Source of the DNA: Oopsacas minuta
Lineage: Eukaryota > Animalia > Porifera
Direction: 5' to 3'
DNA length: 64,000 nt
NCBI GenBank assembly: GCA_024704765.1
Contig: JAKMXF010000309.1
Location: 349,887-413,886 of the forward strand
The notes below the pieces were generated by a model. The model saw only the letters and a list, made by a program, of their open reading frames with translations. It searched no databases and was not told where the DNA came from. How positions within the stretch are numbered: the first letter of the stretch is position 1; each line of letters opens with the position of its first letter. Below, in pieces: positions 37,591 to 49,216 of the stretch. The translations under genes and the position numbers were made by a program.

Positions 37591-40500
37591 TTACGGACTG
37601 GATCTGTTCTCTGTTCCAATCGTATCCGTTGTTTCATACCGTAATCCAGAGTAACTAATTCTTGTTTGAATAGTTCTCTGTAACGATGGAATATGTATTG
37701 ATTGGATGTGTTAATCTATACAAGAATAAACCTACAGTGAAACTTCCACAAAGGAAGACTGTGGAATCGGGGAATTTTTGGAAACTGAGTGAAAAATAAA
37801 TACAGGGAATTCCTAATTCCATACAAATGAACGTACACAAACGGGAATTTCGGCAGAAACAGGAAAACAGGTAGCATTTTTCGGCGCCCCTTGCACCCCA
37901 TTTGTGGAAGCTACACTGTATACGTCAGGGGTTCCCAACCTTTTGTACTCCATGTCCTACTATGCAAAAAGGATATACACCGCGTACCCCCATTGTAAAT
38001 TCCAACTTTCATTACCATTATATATTGACTGAGAATATACTAATTAGGCATCTTTGGTAAAAGTTAAATGAATTCATTTGTTAGTTCTAAGGTCTATTAC
38101 TTGACAAAAATAAATACTCAATTGTATGTAATTGAAAAGTAATTATATCATTACTGCTACGTAATATAATATTACTATTGCAAATCTTGCCAAATTATAC
38201 ATTTGGATTTATTTCTAATTACATGGTATCATAATTACTAATTTGTAACTAATATTCGTAAATGACTCAACCTTCTCGCGTACCCCCAGGGGTACGCGTA
38301 CCACAGGTTGGGAACCCCTGGTATAAGTAAAGCAGTTATGATATTTGGACTATGGATATGTACCTCTCTAATTTCTTTATTTTTCCTGCGTATAACAGCT
38401 ATCAGAATAGAAGATGTGACTAATAAGACAATAAGGAGAGGCCCTAAGGCTGGAGAATTCCAGAATTGAGCTACGAGAAGCGCTAGCGTAGAATCTCCAC
38501 TAGTTTCCCAAGTTGTGTGTCCTTGAAGTAAAGTCAAGAAGTCTGGAAATACTTTATAAATCGATGAAGTATTCCTGAAAGGACCACAATCCTCTGAGGG
38601 TCTGAAATAGAAAATAGGCCAATGTAGGAGTATCATAATAATCGTAAACATCATTACTAGTATCATATAGTAACTGAGATTAGATTTAGATATACGTGGA
38701 GGTGGTGGTGAGTGTTGAGCTGTTAGTTTTGTGATTATTATCATTGTTAGGTATAACATGAAGAATCCTATACATCCTATTAGTGTTATGAAAGGGCTGA
38801 ATAGCATACCAGACCATATAAGGCATTGTATGTAGATTATCTTCATTACATGTTTGGAGACGTGGAACTCTGACTTCAGGCCGTATTCAAATATCTATAG
38901 GTTGGGAAATACAAGGTTTAATACAGTCAACTCCAGTTATAACGAAACTCAAGCGACAGCGATAATTTCATAAAGCATATAGTAGATGCCGGTTATAGGA
39001 ACCTCATAAGGGAATATAAATACACGTTCTTATAACCGGTATGAATATACAGGAATATAGGAGAACTGTTTCCGGAGTATGGTTCTTAAGATTAAGAGAA
39101 TTTAATTAATATTTACCAGTCTAAAGCGTGAGGAATTACTACATCCGGTCCTGAAACAGAAGTTAACAGACTTTCTAATCATATTCTGTAGAGCTAGTAC
39201 TACTGATCTGATCATTATACTGCTGATAAACTGAGCCATTATATACTCGTATAATATCCTACCTGAAAGAAGCAATTATCAGAGGAGCGCGAGGGTGGAG
39301 CCAGTTGGGACTGTGCCTCAGCTCATTAATGTAAGCATGCCAGCAATAACCGCTGGCACTAGGCAATGATAAGATATAAGTCGTCACCCTCTGTGTGACG
39401 ACTTAAATTTGTAAAATATTTCAGTGGATTATTGAAACCACTTATAATCTCTAAAAGTGTACGAACACTCATATTTATACGTACGTATATACTTACTAAG
39501 CTACTATACTAATAGTATAGTCGGCACAGTATTATATAATACCAGTTATCCATGGTGTATACTGTACTAACCTGCTTGAGTCTCCCAACACTCATAATTA
39601 ACGATCTGCTCTAGCTTACAGTCCTCAGATCTTATACAGAATGGTATGATCGCACAGCTACCAGTACCAGGGGTCTTAGACAATACGTAGCTCTCTGTTA
39701 TCAGGAAACAGATAGAGAAGAGAGAGACTAATCGCATGAGTAGATACTTTACTAGGAGAGCGTTCAGTAAGTTAGCTTTCACCTATAAAATAAAACAGTA
39801 ATAAAATACAACCATAATTATTAAATATATATTTTGTAAGACAAAAATTGGAAACAAAATTCTAAAACAATTGGTAAATTAATAAATTGACATTGGAGGT
39901 ATTGCGGATTTTATATATCAAATAATGATAAAATGTCACAAATAAAGAGAACAAGTGGAGCAACGAAAAAAGAGGGCAAACGAAATACAATATTTAGAAA
40001 CTTAAAAATAAATATGCGATAAATCTAAGTCATTAAATACAATTATAATTCATTTATAAGCTAGCTAGTACCTTATAACCTTCTAGCTGTATTATTATAG
40101 GAAATAATACTTCTAGAAAAGTATGCCAAAAAGATGGGACGAATCCTATTAGAATTAAATAACTGAAATCTCCCTGTCCTGTCCTGAACTTCTGCTGACC
40201 AGTACAGATAATCAGAGATCCTCCAGCTATCAGTAGCAGTACTGTAATAACCCAGCCTACTAATCTAAGAGACCATCTGATTATTAATTTGATGTAAGAT
40301 TGGTTTCTATCTTCTCTATCATTGCTAGTTGTAGTGTTGTTAAGTACTTGTAGCAACTATATAAGGAAATAGAGGACAGTAAACTCACGTTATAACCAAA
40401 TGTTCTAGACTTCGGATTCATTTCGTTATGAGCGGAATAAAATCAATTTCTTTCAAGCTATAGGGAGTAAAGAAACTTATAATTATATATGATTTGGTTA

Positions 40501-41561
40501 TAGCGGGAGTTCACTGGAGATAGATAAGGATCGAGTATAGCCGTTTATGGAGATTACACTGTACAGTGTACACATATTCGTATATATAATAACCTCTTTG
40601 AGAGCAATATAGTTAGACTGCTGCTTCAATACAGCTTGTAGAGAATGATTAATAGAGAAGTCCCATCCCAGGAATATAAACCTCTCTATAGAGGTATATG
40701 TACTCTGTACGGATACCGTCTTGAGATAAGCTTGTCCTAACCACACGGCCAGGAATACTAATATAGTGAAAGTGATAGCGAAAAATACACAGAACCATGC
40801 ACCCTCTATTTCGTACCTATATTGATGTATAAGTAAACAAACATACACAATCAAACAAACAAACCTTACCCTGTATTGTCTATAAACCCATTAGAATAAT
40901 TTCCCATGAATAGAGCTGTATACTCGAATCCTTTACCGGTTATTAGCGCGGTTATACTCTCTAAACCCGGCCCTATCTCGTATACAGTTGTAGGGTTAGG
41001 AGGTGACAATAATCGCGGAATCCAGACTAGAGTATTCAGTATAAGACATATAAGATTCAGAAACTGAAATCTCAATAACAGCATGAAGTAGGAAGCTGCT
41101 GCTTTACCAAATTTAGCCTATGAATGACGTCATAAATAATACAATATTAAAACCCGTATACAGCTTACTTCAATTCCACGTGTTGTGTATAAGAATGGAT
41201 AGAAACAGAATTCTTTTAAAACAGAGAGGATTTTGTAGAATTTATCAAATCTGGTCTCATCAACATCAACAGTCATTTGGCTTATAGGCTGAGAGCTACA
41301 GCCTGCTTTCTGCTGACGTTTTCGCGCTAGGGTGTCCATGAAAGGGCCTGCAGGGGAGGAAGGACTCTTTGGGAGGTCAGAGTACATGTCCGAGAGGGAA
41401 GGAGTGCGGTGTATTAGAGGTGTAGCCCGGTGAATAAGTTTGCCACTGGCAGGATTGATTACCTGACAATTCGAATGAAGATAGATGCTTAGAATTTCTA
41501 CAACTGTGTAGGATGAGTAAATTATTAATAACGAATTGTTGATGCACCTACTTCTATGCAT
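37591..41561 (-). CDS. Transmembrane channel-like (TMC) protein, multi-exon; both ends uncertain
   Basis: Spliced GIEAKFGKAAASYFMLLLRF, YECWETQAG, CLIWSGMLFSP, FRPSEDCGPFR are TMC-family signatures. Confidence 0.85.
37735..37918. mobile_element. Tc1/pogo-like MITE (family F)
   Basis: TA|CAGTGAAACTTCCACAAA...TTTGTGGAAGCTACACTG|TA. Confidence 0.7.
37926..38320. mobile_element. Full-length hAT MITE (family C) with 8-bp TSD
   Basis: Perfect 15-bp TIR CAGGGGTTCCCAACC; flanks GTATACGT/GTATAAGT (7/8). Confidence 0.85.
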
Positions 41562-41651
41562 ATTGTAAATAACATAAATATTGTGGTCTACTACATGACG
41601 TAAATATTTATTGATGAAGCAAGATTTATTATAAGAAAAGAGATGTTGTAG

Positions 41652-42224
41652 TTATAATCTAGTATAAGCAAGATCTCTACCGAATAAGCTCTTGTAGAAT
41701 TTGACGTCACATAACAGACCTGGTCCTCTTATAATCCGTAATAAATGAGCCGTGTTAATAAACGAATAAAGTGCTAATGTTAGGAAAGAGAATGCTATAG
41801 CAGATCTTGCAGCTCCTACGTCATCAACAGGAGGATGTGTTGTATAACTCCATCTGTTGGCTAACAGACAGAATAATACAAACCAAATTAGTTGTATACA
41901 AATATTGTGGATTAGGAATATCACTGCTACTATACGGTGAGCATTTAGGTTTAGCCATATTTCAATACACACACAAACTATGAGGGTAATTGTAGTGGAA
42001 AGTAGCGCGATTATAGATGCTGATATTCCAAAGATACAGGTGTTGGTATCTCTGTTGAATACACAAGAATTATCGTCATTTGTGTGGTATACGTTGGCTA
42101 CACATAGACTGATTATAAACGCAAAAATAGCCGCGAGTGTGTGGAGGTATAGCTCAGGTTTTAAGAAGATTCTCTTTTTCAAGTCAAGGTCTGTGTCTTC
42201 TCCAAAACTAGATTTCGTTTCCAT
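41652..42224 (-). CDS. SYNGR: Synaptogyrin-like MARVEL protein, intronless
   Basis: KPE..IFAFII..CVFNRDTNTCIFGI..WFVLFCLLANRW..ARSAIAFSF; four TM segments. Confidence 0.8.
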   Translation of the reverse strand: METKSSFGEDTDLDLKKRIFLKPELYLHTLAAIFAFIISLCVANVYHTNDDNSCVFNRDTNTCIFGISASIIALLSTTITLIVCVCIEIWLNLNAHRIVAVIFLIHNICIQLIWFVLFCLLANRWSYTTHPPVDDVGAARSAIAFSFLTLALYSFINTAHLLRIIRGPGLLCDVKFYKSLFGRDLAYTRL

Positions 42225-42642
42225 TTATTTGAAGGTTTGAAATTTCGCAGATTTAGAATGAATGTAACTCTCTCATAGTTACAATTTATCAAGGAATATT
42301 TGCGGTTCATTTATAATACAGACTCAATTCTAAATACTTTAAAGAATATTTCATACATCGCTGAATATATTCAATTGCAATAATGCGGTGAAGTTCGCTT
42401 ACTAGAAAGTAGTATTTTGCACGAATTCTCATTGCTAAATTAGAGTAATTATTTCCAATACAAAATAGACGCGAATTGCTAATTGGCGAACACTACTGCA
42501 CTCAGATTTTGGAAACTTAAATCACGTAAATACAATGTGAAGATTTTGCATAAATATACAAGAATACAGGAGCATTTGCTACAGCTCAATTCATCTTCAC
42601 AACTTACTAATCTATCTACTAACTAAAATAATTATAGTCTCA

Positions 42643-43881
42643 TCAGTAATAACCTTGGTATATCACCAAAGGATGTATTACGTCACTAAACACAACATCA
42701 GTACCTCCTCCTACAAATAATACTGATCCCTTACACGCATTTATTGGCTCACTAGTCCCTTGTTCCTTCAGACTAGCAGTACCACTGATAACCAGTAGAA
42801 TACTGGGGCCTTGTAAAGAAGGGAGGGAGAAGTTCTTTATAGGTAGAGGGGGTGCGATAGACCGCACAGAGAAGTCAGGTACAGGTGGATCATATACTGT
42901 TATGAAACTCATCTCTGGCAACATAACAGGTTGAAACTTATTGTCTACAGCTGGTCTACATATATAAGATAGCATTTCACACAGAGTATCTTTATCTATG
43001 TATTTTGGTGTTAACCCTGCTCTCACTACATTATCACTACATGCCATGCACTCAATACAATCTCCTTGTAGATACGCATGTGGCTCGTTAGCTGCTAAGA
43101 ATATAGATTCTCCAGGTTGTAGTGTAAGATGATTGAGGAAGAAGCAACATAGAATACCTACGTCACACGGGAAATGTTGCTGTACGTATAGGATCAGGTC
43201 TTTAAGAGGATGTGCAGTAGTCTCTATTCTGGCTATTAGAGCTGTTATCTGTAACTTTATAACCTCAAGGTCTGTTGTGAATAGTTTTGTGAAGCAGGCT
43301 TTTAGGCTTGCTTTACAATCTTGTTCTGAATTCGCGGTTTTTAACGCTGCCAGGAGGTCTGCTCCTACGATAGCTAACAGCTCCGGATTGTCTTCTATAT
43401 TACCTCTAATCTGATCTAGAGGTCTGAAGCCGCAGAGAGCTTGAAATGACGTTAGAGCTATAGCTAGTTCAGGCTTGTGGTTGGAATCTGGATACGCATC
43501 TGGTTGCTTGGAATGTAACTCTACTGCTAATGTCTTGTTTGGGTGAGCTTGTATAGATAATGGTTTATGTACGGATAATACTTTGAACAGAAATGGGAGC
43601 TGTCCTATTGGTCCTTTGTCCTGATAACTTCCAAGGAGAGAGGGTATAGCGGTCAGATGCTGAGACAGTAAGGTACCAGTCCCAGCGATGGTATTAGCCC
43701 CCTTAGGGTGTGTACCCATCCATAGCTCTGCATACGGTTTGTCTGCATCTACAGGCTCTGATGAATGCAGGGAATATAGAGCAGCTACTGCACTGCTAGC
43801 TCCTAGCTTACCCCATGCATAGTTCTGTACTGCTGGCTTTATGGAGAGTAGTTTGCAAACTGGTGTAGCTATCTCAGCCAT
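42643..43881 (-). CDS. MPI: Mannose-6-phosphate isomerase, intronless
   Basis: VQNYAWGK, PYAELWMGTHP, LPFLFKVLS..PLSIQAHP, NHKPE, PHAYLQGDCIECMACSDNVVRAGLTPK. Confidence 0.97.
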   Translation of the reverse strand: MAEIATPVCKLLSIKPAVQNYAWGKLGASSAVAALYSLHSSEPVDADKPYAELWMGTHPKGANTIAGTGTLLSQHLTAIPSLLGSYQDKGPIGQLPFLFKVLSVHKPLSIQAHPNKTLAVELHSKQPDAYPDSNHKPELAIALTSFQALCGFRPLDQIRGNIEDNPELLAIVGADLLAALKTANSEQDCKASLKACFTKLFTTDLEVIKLQITALIARIETTAHPLKDLILYVQQHFPCDVGILCCFFLNHLTLQPGESIFLAANEPHAYLQGDCIECMACSDNVVRAGLTPKYIDKDTLCEMLSYICRPAVDNKFQPVMLPEMSFITVYDPPVPDFSVRSIAPPLPIKNFSLPSLQGPSILLVISGTASLKEQGTSEPINACKGSVLFVGGGTDVVFSDVIHPLVIYQGYY

Positions 43882-44909
43882 TTATGTAACTATCTATTAG
43901 GTATATGCTAAATTTACTAGAGCGGTTCCTAACCTGGGGTCCATAGACTCCTTGGTGGCCCACGGACCACAGCAGGGGTTCCACAGGATCTCAAAATTTG
44001 TATTAAAGCCTATGGGAGGGGTACACACAATGTGTCAAATTGGTATAGGGGTCCACGGGTGAATAAGGTTGGGAATCGTGGTATTTATATCTACTTATAT
44101 GAGCTATTTTATACACAAAGTTAATTCATGAATTTCTATATTTCTGAAGCAGTCACCGGCAGAACAGTTATTTACTTTGGATCATTATTAGATATATTTT
44201 GTTGTTGCAAATTATTTAGTCTATAACCAAGAAGCCCGAATATTCCTAGGCTACCTACCAAACTTTCAAATAACACACATTATCATTCTTTCTAATAAAA
44301 TGAAATCAGAGATCTACATATACAGCCTTACAGATATGTTGAGACGATCAAGTTCAAAGAAATCATTACATTATTAACTTTGTTAAGGACCACATTTATC
44401 TATAATAGTTGATGTTGTAGAGTGATATCATGTTTGGAGATTGACTAACACTTATTTGAGTGTTTATAACAGATTATGAACCTGATGGACACTTAATGCA
44501 AGTGTCTATTCATAAATTTGATCTTTATTGAATCAAGGTTAGTGTATATAGATTATAGAGATCATATTACTATTGATGCAATTTAAAAGTTGTTAAAATC
44601 TGATCATGGGACCCCCTTGTTAATTGGGGAGAGAATAGGCTTGATTTTGTATACAAATATTCATTTCTGTAAGAGCAATATATTGTAAAGTAGATTTGTC
44701 TTTTGTTATCACTTAGTAGCCATAACTTTCAATAATTTCAATGTCAAACGTTTCTAGTAATATTAGGATAGATAAGTGACCAGCTGTAAGACATTAATTG
44801 TTCTGCAAACCTTTGAGTATTTCAATAACAAATGTGTTACGTAGAATACAGCATGCAAATATTTCAAAGTATTCATTTGAATTAATTTATTTGTTTGTAG
44901 ATTACAATA

Positions 44910-45911
44910 ATGGAAGATATAAGTCCTGCTATTCCGTACGAACAGAGACCTGAGAAATTCTTGCTTTTCCCTTGGCGGTATCCTTCTATAGTCTGGCTGC
45001 CTGGTAAACTGCTTGAGTGGAGATGGAAGAAACTATTACGTATTACTGGTCGCGAGTATATCGCGGAATATTTCGGTACTTTAGTGTTCATAACATTTGT
45101 TCTTGGGGGAGCTGCCCAGTCGTTTTATAGCGAATTGAAGGAGACGGGTTGGATAGGAGGCACGTGGGGCGCGGCCATTGGCATATTCTTTGGTATGTAC
45201 ACCTGTTTAGGTGTGTCTGGCGCCCATTTAAACCCAGCCGTTACATTCGCATTAGCATTAGTCGGGAAATTTTCTTGGCTTAAAGTGTTGTTCTATTGGA
45301 TAGCTCAATTCTTGGGTTCATTCACAGCATCATTTATAGTGTATTTATACTATTTTGATGCTCTGTACCGGAATAATGCAGGAGTAGCTGTTACTAATAG
45401 TGTTAATAATAGCTACAAAGTATGGACTACTAATCCACAGGATCATGTCAGTAATTTGAATATATTCTACGATCAGCTGTTCAGCACTCTATTACTACAA
45501 TTCTTAATACTTTCTATTATGGATCGACCTAATGCAGGATTAGTTCACCATTTAAAGCCAGTTGGTGTATCTCTTATAGTATTTGCAGTAGGCGTATGTT
45601 TCTCGTACAATGCTGGATTAGCTATGAATCCGATTAGAGATTTTCCTCCCAGATGTTTCGCTGCTATTATATTTGGCTCTGATATATTCAGAATTCATAA
45701 CTACTACTTTTGGATTCCTATAATCGGGCCTATGATAGGTGCACCTATTGGTGCGTTCATATACATATTCTTCATAGAAACACACCATTATCCAGGTTAT
45801 AATCCTTCACAGCAGAATGCAGAGTCTAGAATATCTCTTGAGAGACAGAGACTGCTTGATCAGCATGATGATAACGGTACTACAATAGATACAGAGCCTA
45901 AACTAAATTAA
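44910..45911 (+). CDS. Aquaglyceroporin (AQP3/7/9/10 class), paralog a, intronless
   Basis: SGAHLNPAVT and AMNPIRD motifs (RD is the aquaglyceroporin signature); six TM segments. Confidence 0.92.
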   Translation: MEDISPAIPYEQRPEKFLLFPWRYPSIVWLPGKLLEWRWKKLLRITGREYIAEYFGTLVFITFVLGGAAQSFYSELKETGWIGGTWGAAIGIFFGMYTCLGVSGAHLNPAVTFALALVGKFSWLKVLFYWIAQFLGSFTASFIVYLYYFDALYRNNAGVAVTNSVNNSYKVWTTNPQDHVSNLNIFYDQLFSTLLLQFLILSIMDRPNAGLVHHLKPVGVSLIVFAVGVCFSYNAGLAMNPIRDFPPRCFAAIIFGSDIFRIHNYYFWIPIIGPMIGAPIGAFIYIFFIETHHYPGYNPSQQNAESRISLERQRLLDQHDDNGTTIDTEPKLN

Positions 45912-46171
45912 CTTGAGGTTATGTGTATACTGCTGCTTGTACGAACTACATTATATATGCTTTTGCTTTGAATATATTAAATTGTTGCTTTGTAAAAATT
46001 GTATTTGCAGGCCAAAAAACAGACTTGGGGTATTTCAATTTCTTCAATCAATTCTAGACAAACATATTTGCACACATATTAATTAAATAATAGCGTTTTG
46101 ATAGTATAATGATACAATAACATAGATAAATTGAAATCACATAAACTTTAACTACAGTTTTCTAGAATATC

Positions 46172-47185
46172 CTACAAGTTGTTATCAGCACTATCATCCT
46201 TGATAGCAGTCATCTGGATGTTGTTGCCTTCGTCATGCTTACCGTTACGTACTGGGGAAATCTTTGAGGAACCTTGTTGGGCGAGTTGGGGTTTGTGGGC
46301 AGGGTAATGATGGGTCTCAATGAAGAATATATATGCAATTGTCCCTACAGGCCCTCCTATCATAGGTCCTAGTATAGGTACGTAGAAATAGAAATCATGT
46401 ACACGGAATACTTCTGCACCCCAGAATAAGGCTACGAAGCAACGAGGAGGGAAATCACGTACTGGATTCATGGCTGCACCGCAATTGTATTGGAAACAAA
46501 CATTGAGTGTAAATAGGATGAGTGATACTCCGATAGGTCTGAGGTAATGAGGAACACCCGCGTTAGGTTTATCGAATATTGCTAAGGTTAAGAACTGTAG
46601 AAGGAATGTAGACCAGAATTGATCCCACATATTGTTCAGGTTTCCTACATGAGGCTGAGGGCTTGTTACCCACACACGATAGGTCTCATTTACTCCGTTA
46701 AATTCACGGGAACCTCCGTCAAAATTATTCATGGCGCTATAATAGTATAGGTAGACAATTACTGCAGCAGTGAATGCACCCAGATATTGTGCTAGCCAAT
46801 AAAATGGGACTTTTCTCCAAGGAAAACGACCTACTATTGCAAGTGAGAGAGTTACGGCGGGATTCATTTGCGCGCCAGACACCCCTAGAGCAGTGTACAT
46901 ACCGAATATTACTCCAACAGTTGTACCCCAGGTTGCTCCGATCCAAAAAGTAGTCTGATTCTGTGAGTAGAAAACCTGAGCTACAGACGCGATAGGGAAA
47001 CTTATCAGCATAATAGTAGCCCAATATTCTGCCATGTATTCTGGTCCTACGAATCTCATTATTTTCTTCCAGGCCCATTCGAATACCTTGAAAGGATACC
47101 AGAGGACTGCTGGACGGTTGTATTCAAACAGGAGAAACCTCTCGGGTCGCTCATTATAAGGAACTGTCGGCTCCACCTCTTCCAT
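46172..47185 (-). CDS. Aquaglyceroporin, paralog b, intronless, convergent with paralog a
   Basis: SGAQMNPAVT and AMNPVRD; colinear with paralog a. Confidence 0.92.
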   Translation of the reverse strand: MEEVEPTVPYNERPERFLLFEYNRPAVLWYPFKVFEWAWKKIMRFVGPEYMAEYWATIMLISFPIASVAQVFYSQNQTTFWIGATWGTTVGVIFGMYTALGVSGAQMNPAVTLSLAIVGRFPWRKVPFYWLAQYLGAFTAAVIVYLYYYSAMNNFDGGSREFNGVNETYRVWVTSPQPHVGNLNNMWDQFWSTFLLQFLTLAIFDKPNAGVPHYLRPIGVSLILFTLNVCFQYNCGAAMNPVRDFPPRCFVALFWGAEVFRVHDFYFYVPILGPMIGGPVGTIAYIFFIETHHYPAHKPQLAQQGSSKISPVRNGKHDEGNNIQMTAIKDDSADNNL

Positions 47186-49216
47186 TCTGGACTGTCAAAT
47201 TTAGCAAGTGATGAGTGTGTGAGTGAATTGTGTAACTAGTACTCATCACACAGTTTATATACGTTTCGTATCACGAGATAGGAACAACAACAACTCGTTC
47301 ATGTGGATTCCAATTCATACATCTAGTCTTCATTAAACTTCCTCAAATGTCTGTTGATCAGATGGCTGTTCAATTCATCAGATATTATTACGATATATTT
47401 CCATGCTATTCTACATTTTCTTTATAACTAACTTGTTCTCCTGATGGCTCTTTGTCTGTTTGGCTTCTGAAAGCTGTTTCTGAATGCTAACATATGCTGC
47501 ATATATTATTTGTAGCTGATTCAATCGCCGATTTACTTACAATGATTCAATTCATTGTTTTGAGTTAAATGCTTGCATCAAAGTTTGTGCATTTTATTAC
47601 GAACTTTGCTTCATTACTAATCCTAGATGAAACGTCATAAATACTTGCCCTTCTTGATACTGATCTCCTCAAATATTATATTTCTTTGCAGTCAACTCCT
47701 GTCATAATTAATTGATTCTTTACCCCCAATAGCTTGAAAGTAAATGATTTAACTCCGCTTATAACGAAATATTATAGGGGTTCCGAGCCTTGCATTATAA
47801 CTAGATCACCTTTCTTTACTTTCAATTTCTTATTTAATATTATCCCATATCTAGCTACTGTTATAATTCTATAAGATATATTGTAATCTGAGATTATTTG
47901 TGTTGTATGTGAGGAGAGACGGTTAGCAGCTCCCTCGATAAGGACGAGCAACATCAATGGTAGAGGCATTCCATCCTAAGATGGCTACCAATGTTTTTTG
48001 TTTGTAATAAATGAGATCACTAGTTTATCTGTGATGAAACATTCATTTCTTTATCTACCTACTATTCTAACAAAGTATTTACAGTGCTTATACGCTATTC
48101 TAATTCCGTTACATAATTGAATGTTAATGCCACAGGTAATGACGTCATTACTCTTATACCTTAGTTTTTGATTCTCCTATCTAACAAGATTTGAATATAT
48201 ACGCTTCCTTGGATGTATTACCCCCTTTAGTAGTTCGGGGCGAGCCGAGTGACCGTGGCATACGTACATAGACATAACTGAGGTGTTTTTAGATAGATGA
48301 AGATGCTAGCAACCCTTAAAAGGAATTGCTAGCTACGCCTCTGCATACGTAGCTGTTGTAAATGATCCAATTGGACCATCTACATTGCAATTTTTCCTAT
48401 TAGAATTATTGCTAGGAGTATCAAAGTTGCATTCGCTGAATGACCTCGATTCTTATAATATTTATACCCAAACTATATTACTCTATTTCCTCACATTTCA
48501 TTGAGGCATTACAGTAGTGTAGTCAGGGATGGTTTCCTTATAGCCTCGTCCCACCACTAGCACCTATTACAAGTAATATTGGTGATTGCGTGGTTGCGTA
48601 TGAGACTAAACTATTCGGAAACCAAGAAAGGGAGAGGGGGAGCTAAAAATGTGTTCTGCTGTCATTTCCCTTAGAAAGGAGAATCTAGCAGGCCCTGACA
48701 CGCAAAGCTGTCAGAGCGTTCACATAGTCAACTCGTGTCTATTGGCCACATGATGAGCATTAATTTCAATTATCTATCTTAAAAGACCAATAAAAGAAAC
48801 CAAATATCGGTGAGCGGAGAGATCTTATCTTCTCTGCAACTAATCCTCTGTTTTATACTCATTCTATTTGCATATTGTATTTCTGCTTGATCTAATTATG
48901 AGTACTGTCATTTGATATTTTGTGTCATAGAATATTCTAGATTTTTACGTGTACAATGAATTCTTAAGTATTTTACTTGATTCTGTTGTTGTTGTTGCTG
49001 TACAAACTTTATATCAACAATTTACACTTATAATTGCTTCTTGATGCTACAACGGTGCTAATATTTGTAAATAGTAGTTGCATTATGTATCTTTGGAAAT
49101 ATAATTGCTAATTTGCAAGACTAATCAATGGGCATTTGCCCCAGGTATGCCAGATCCTGTGACCGCCCCTGATTATATCAAATATTTTCATGTTTGTTGC
49201 TTATCATTAGAATATA

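Noticed and set aside
38238-38380. C-terminal TMC extension IPGVPNLWYAYPWGYARR
   Set aside because: Read-through from a donor (GAG|GTACAT) into the hAT MITE.
48120-48340. Candidate SL RNA or snRNA gene (CACAG|GTAAT followed by TAGTTTTTGA)
   Set aside because: The donor-like and Sm-like words are too common, there is no repeated copy and no known leader to compare; it needs a covariance-model search.
48541-48610. Short TAGCCTCGT...TGAGACTA inverted repeat
   Set aside because: Single, highly degenerate copy; not enough to call a MITE.
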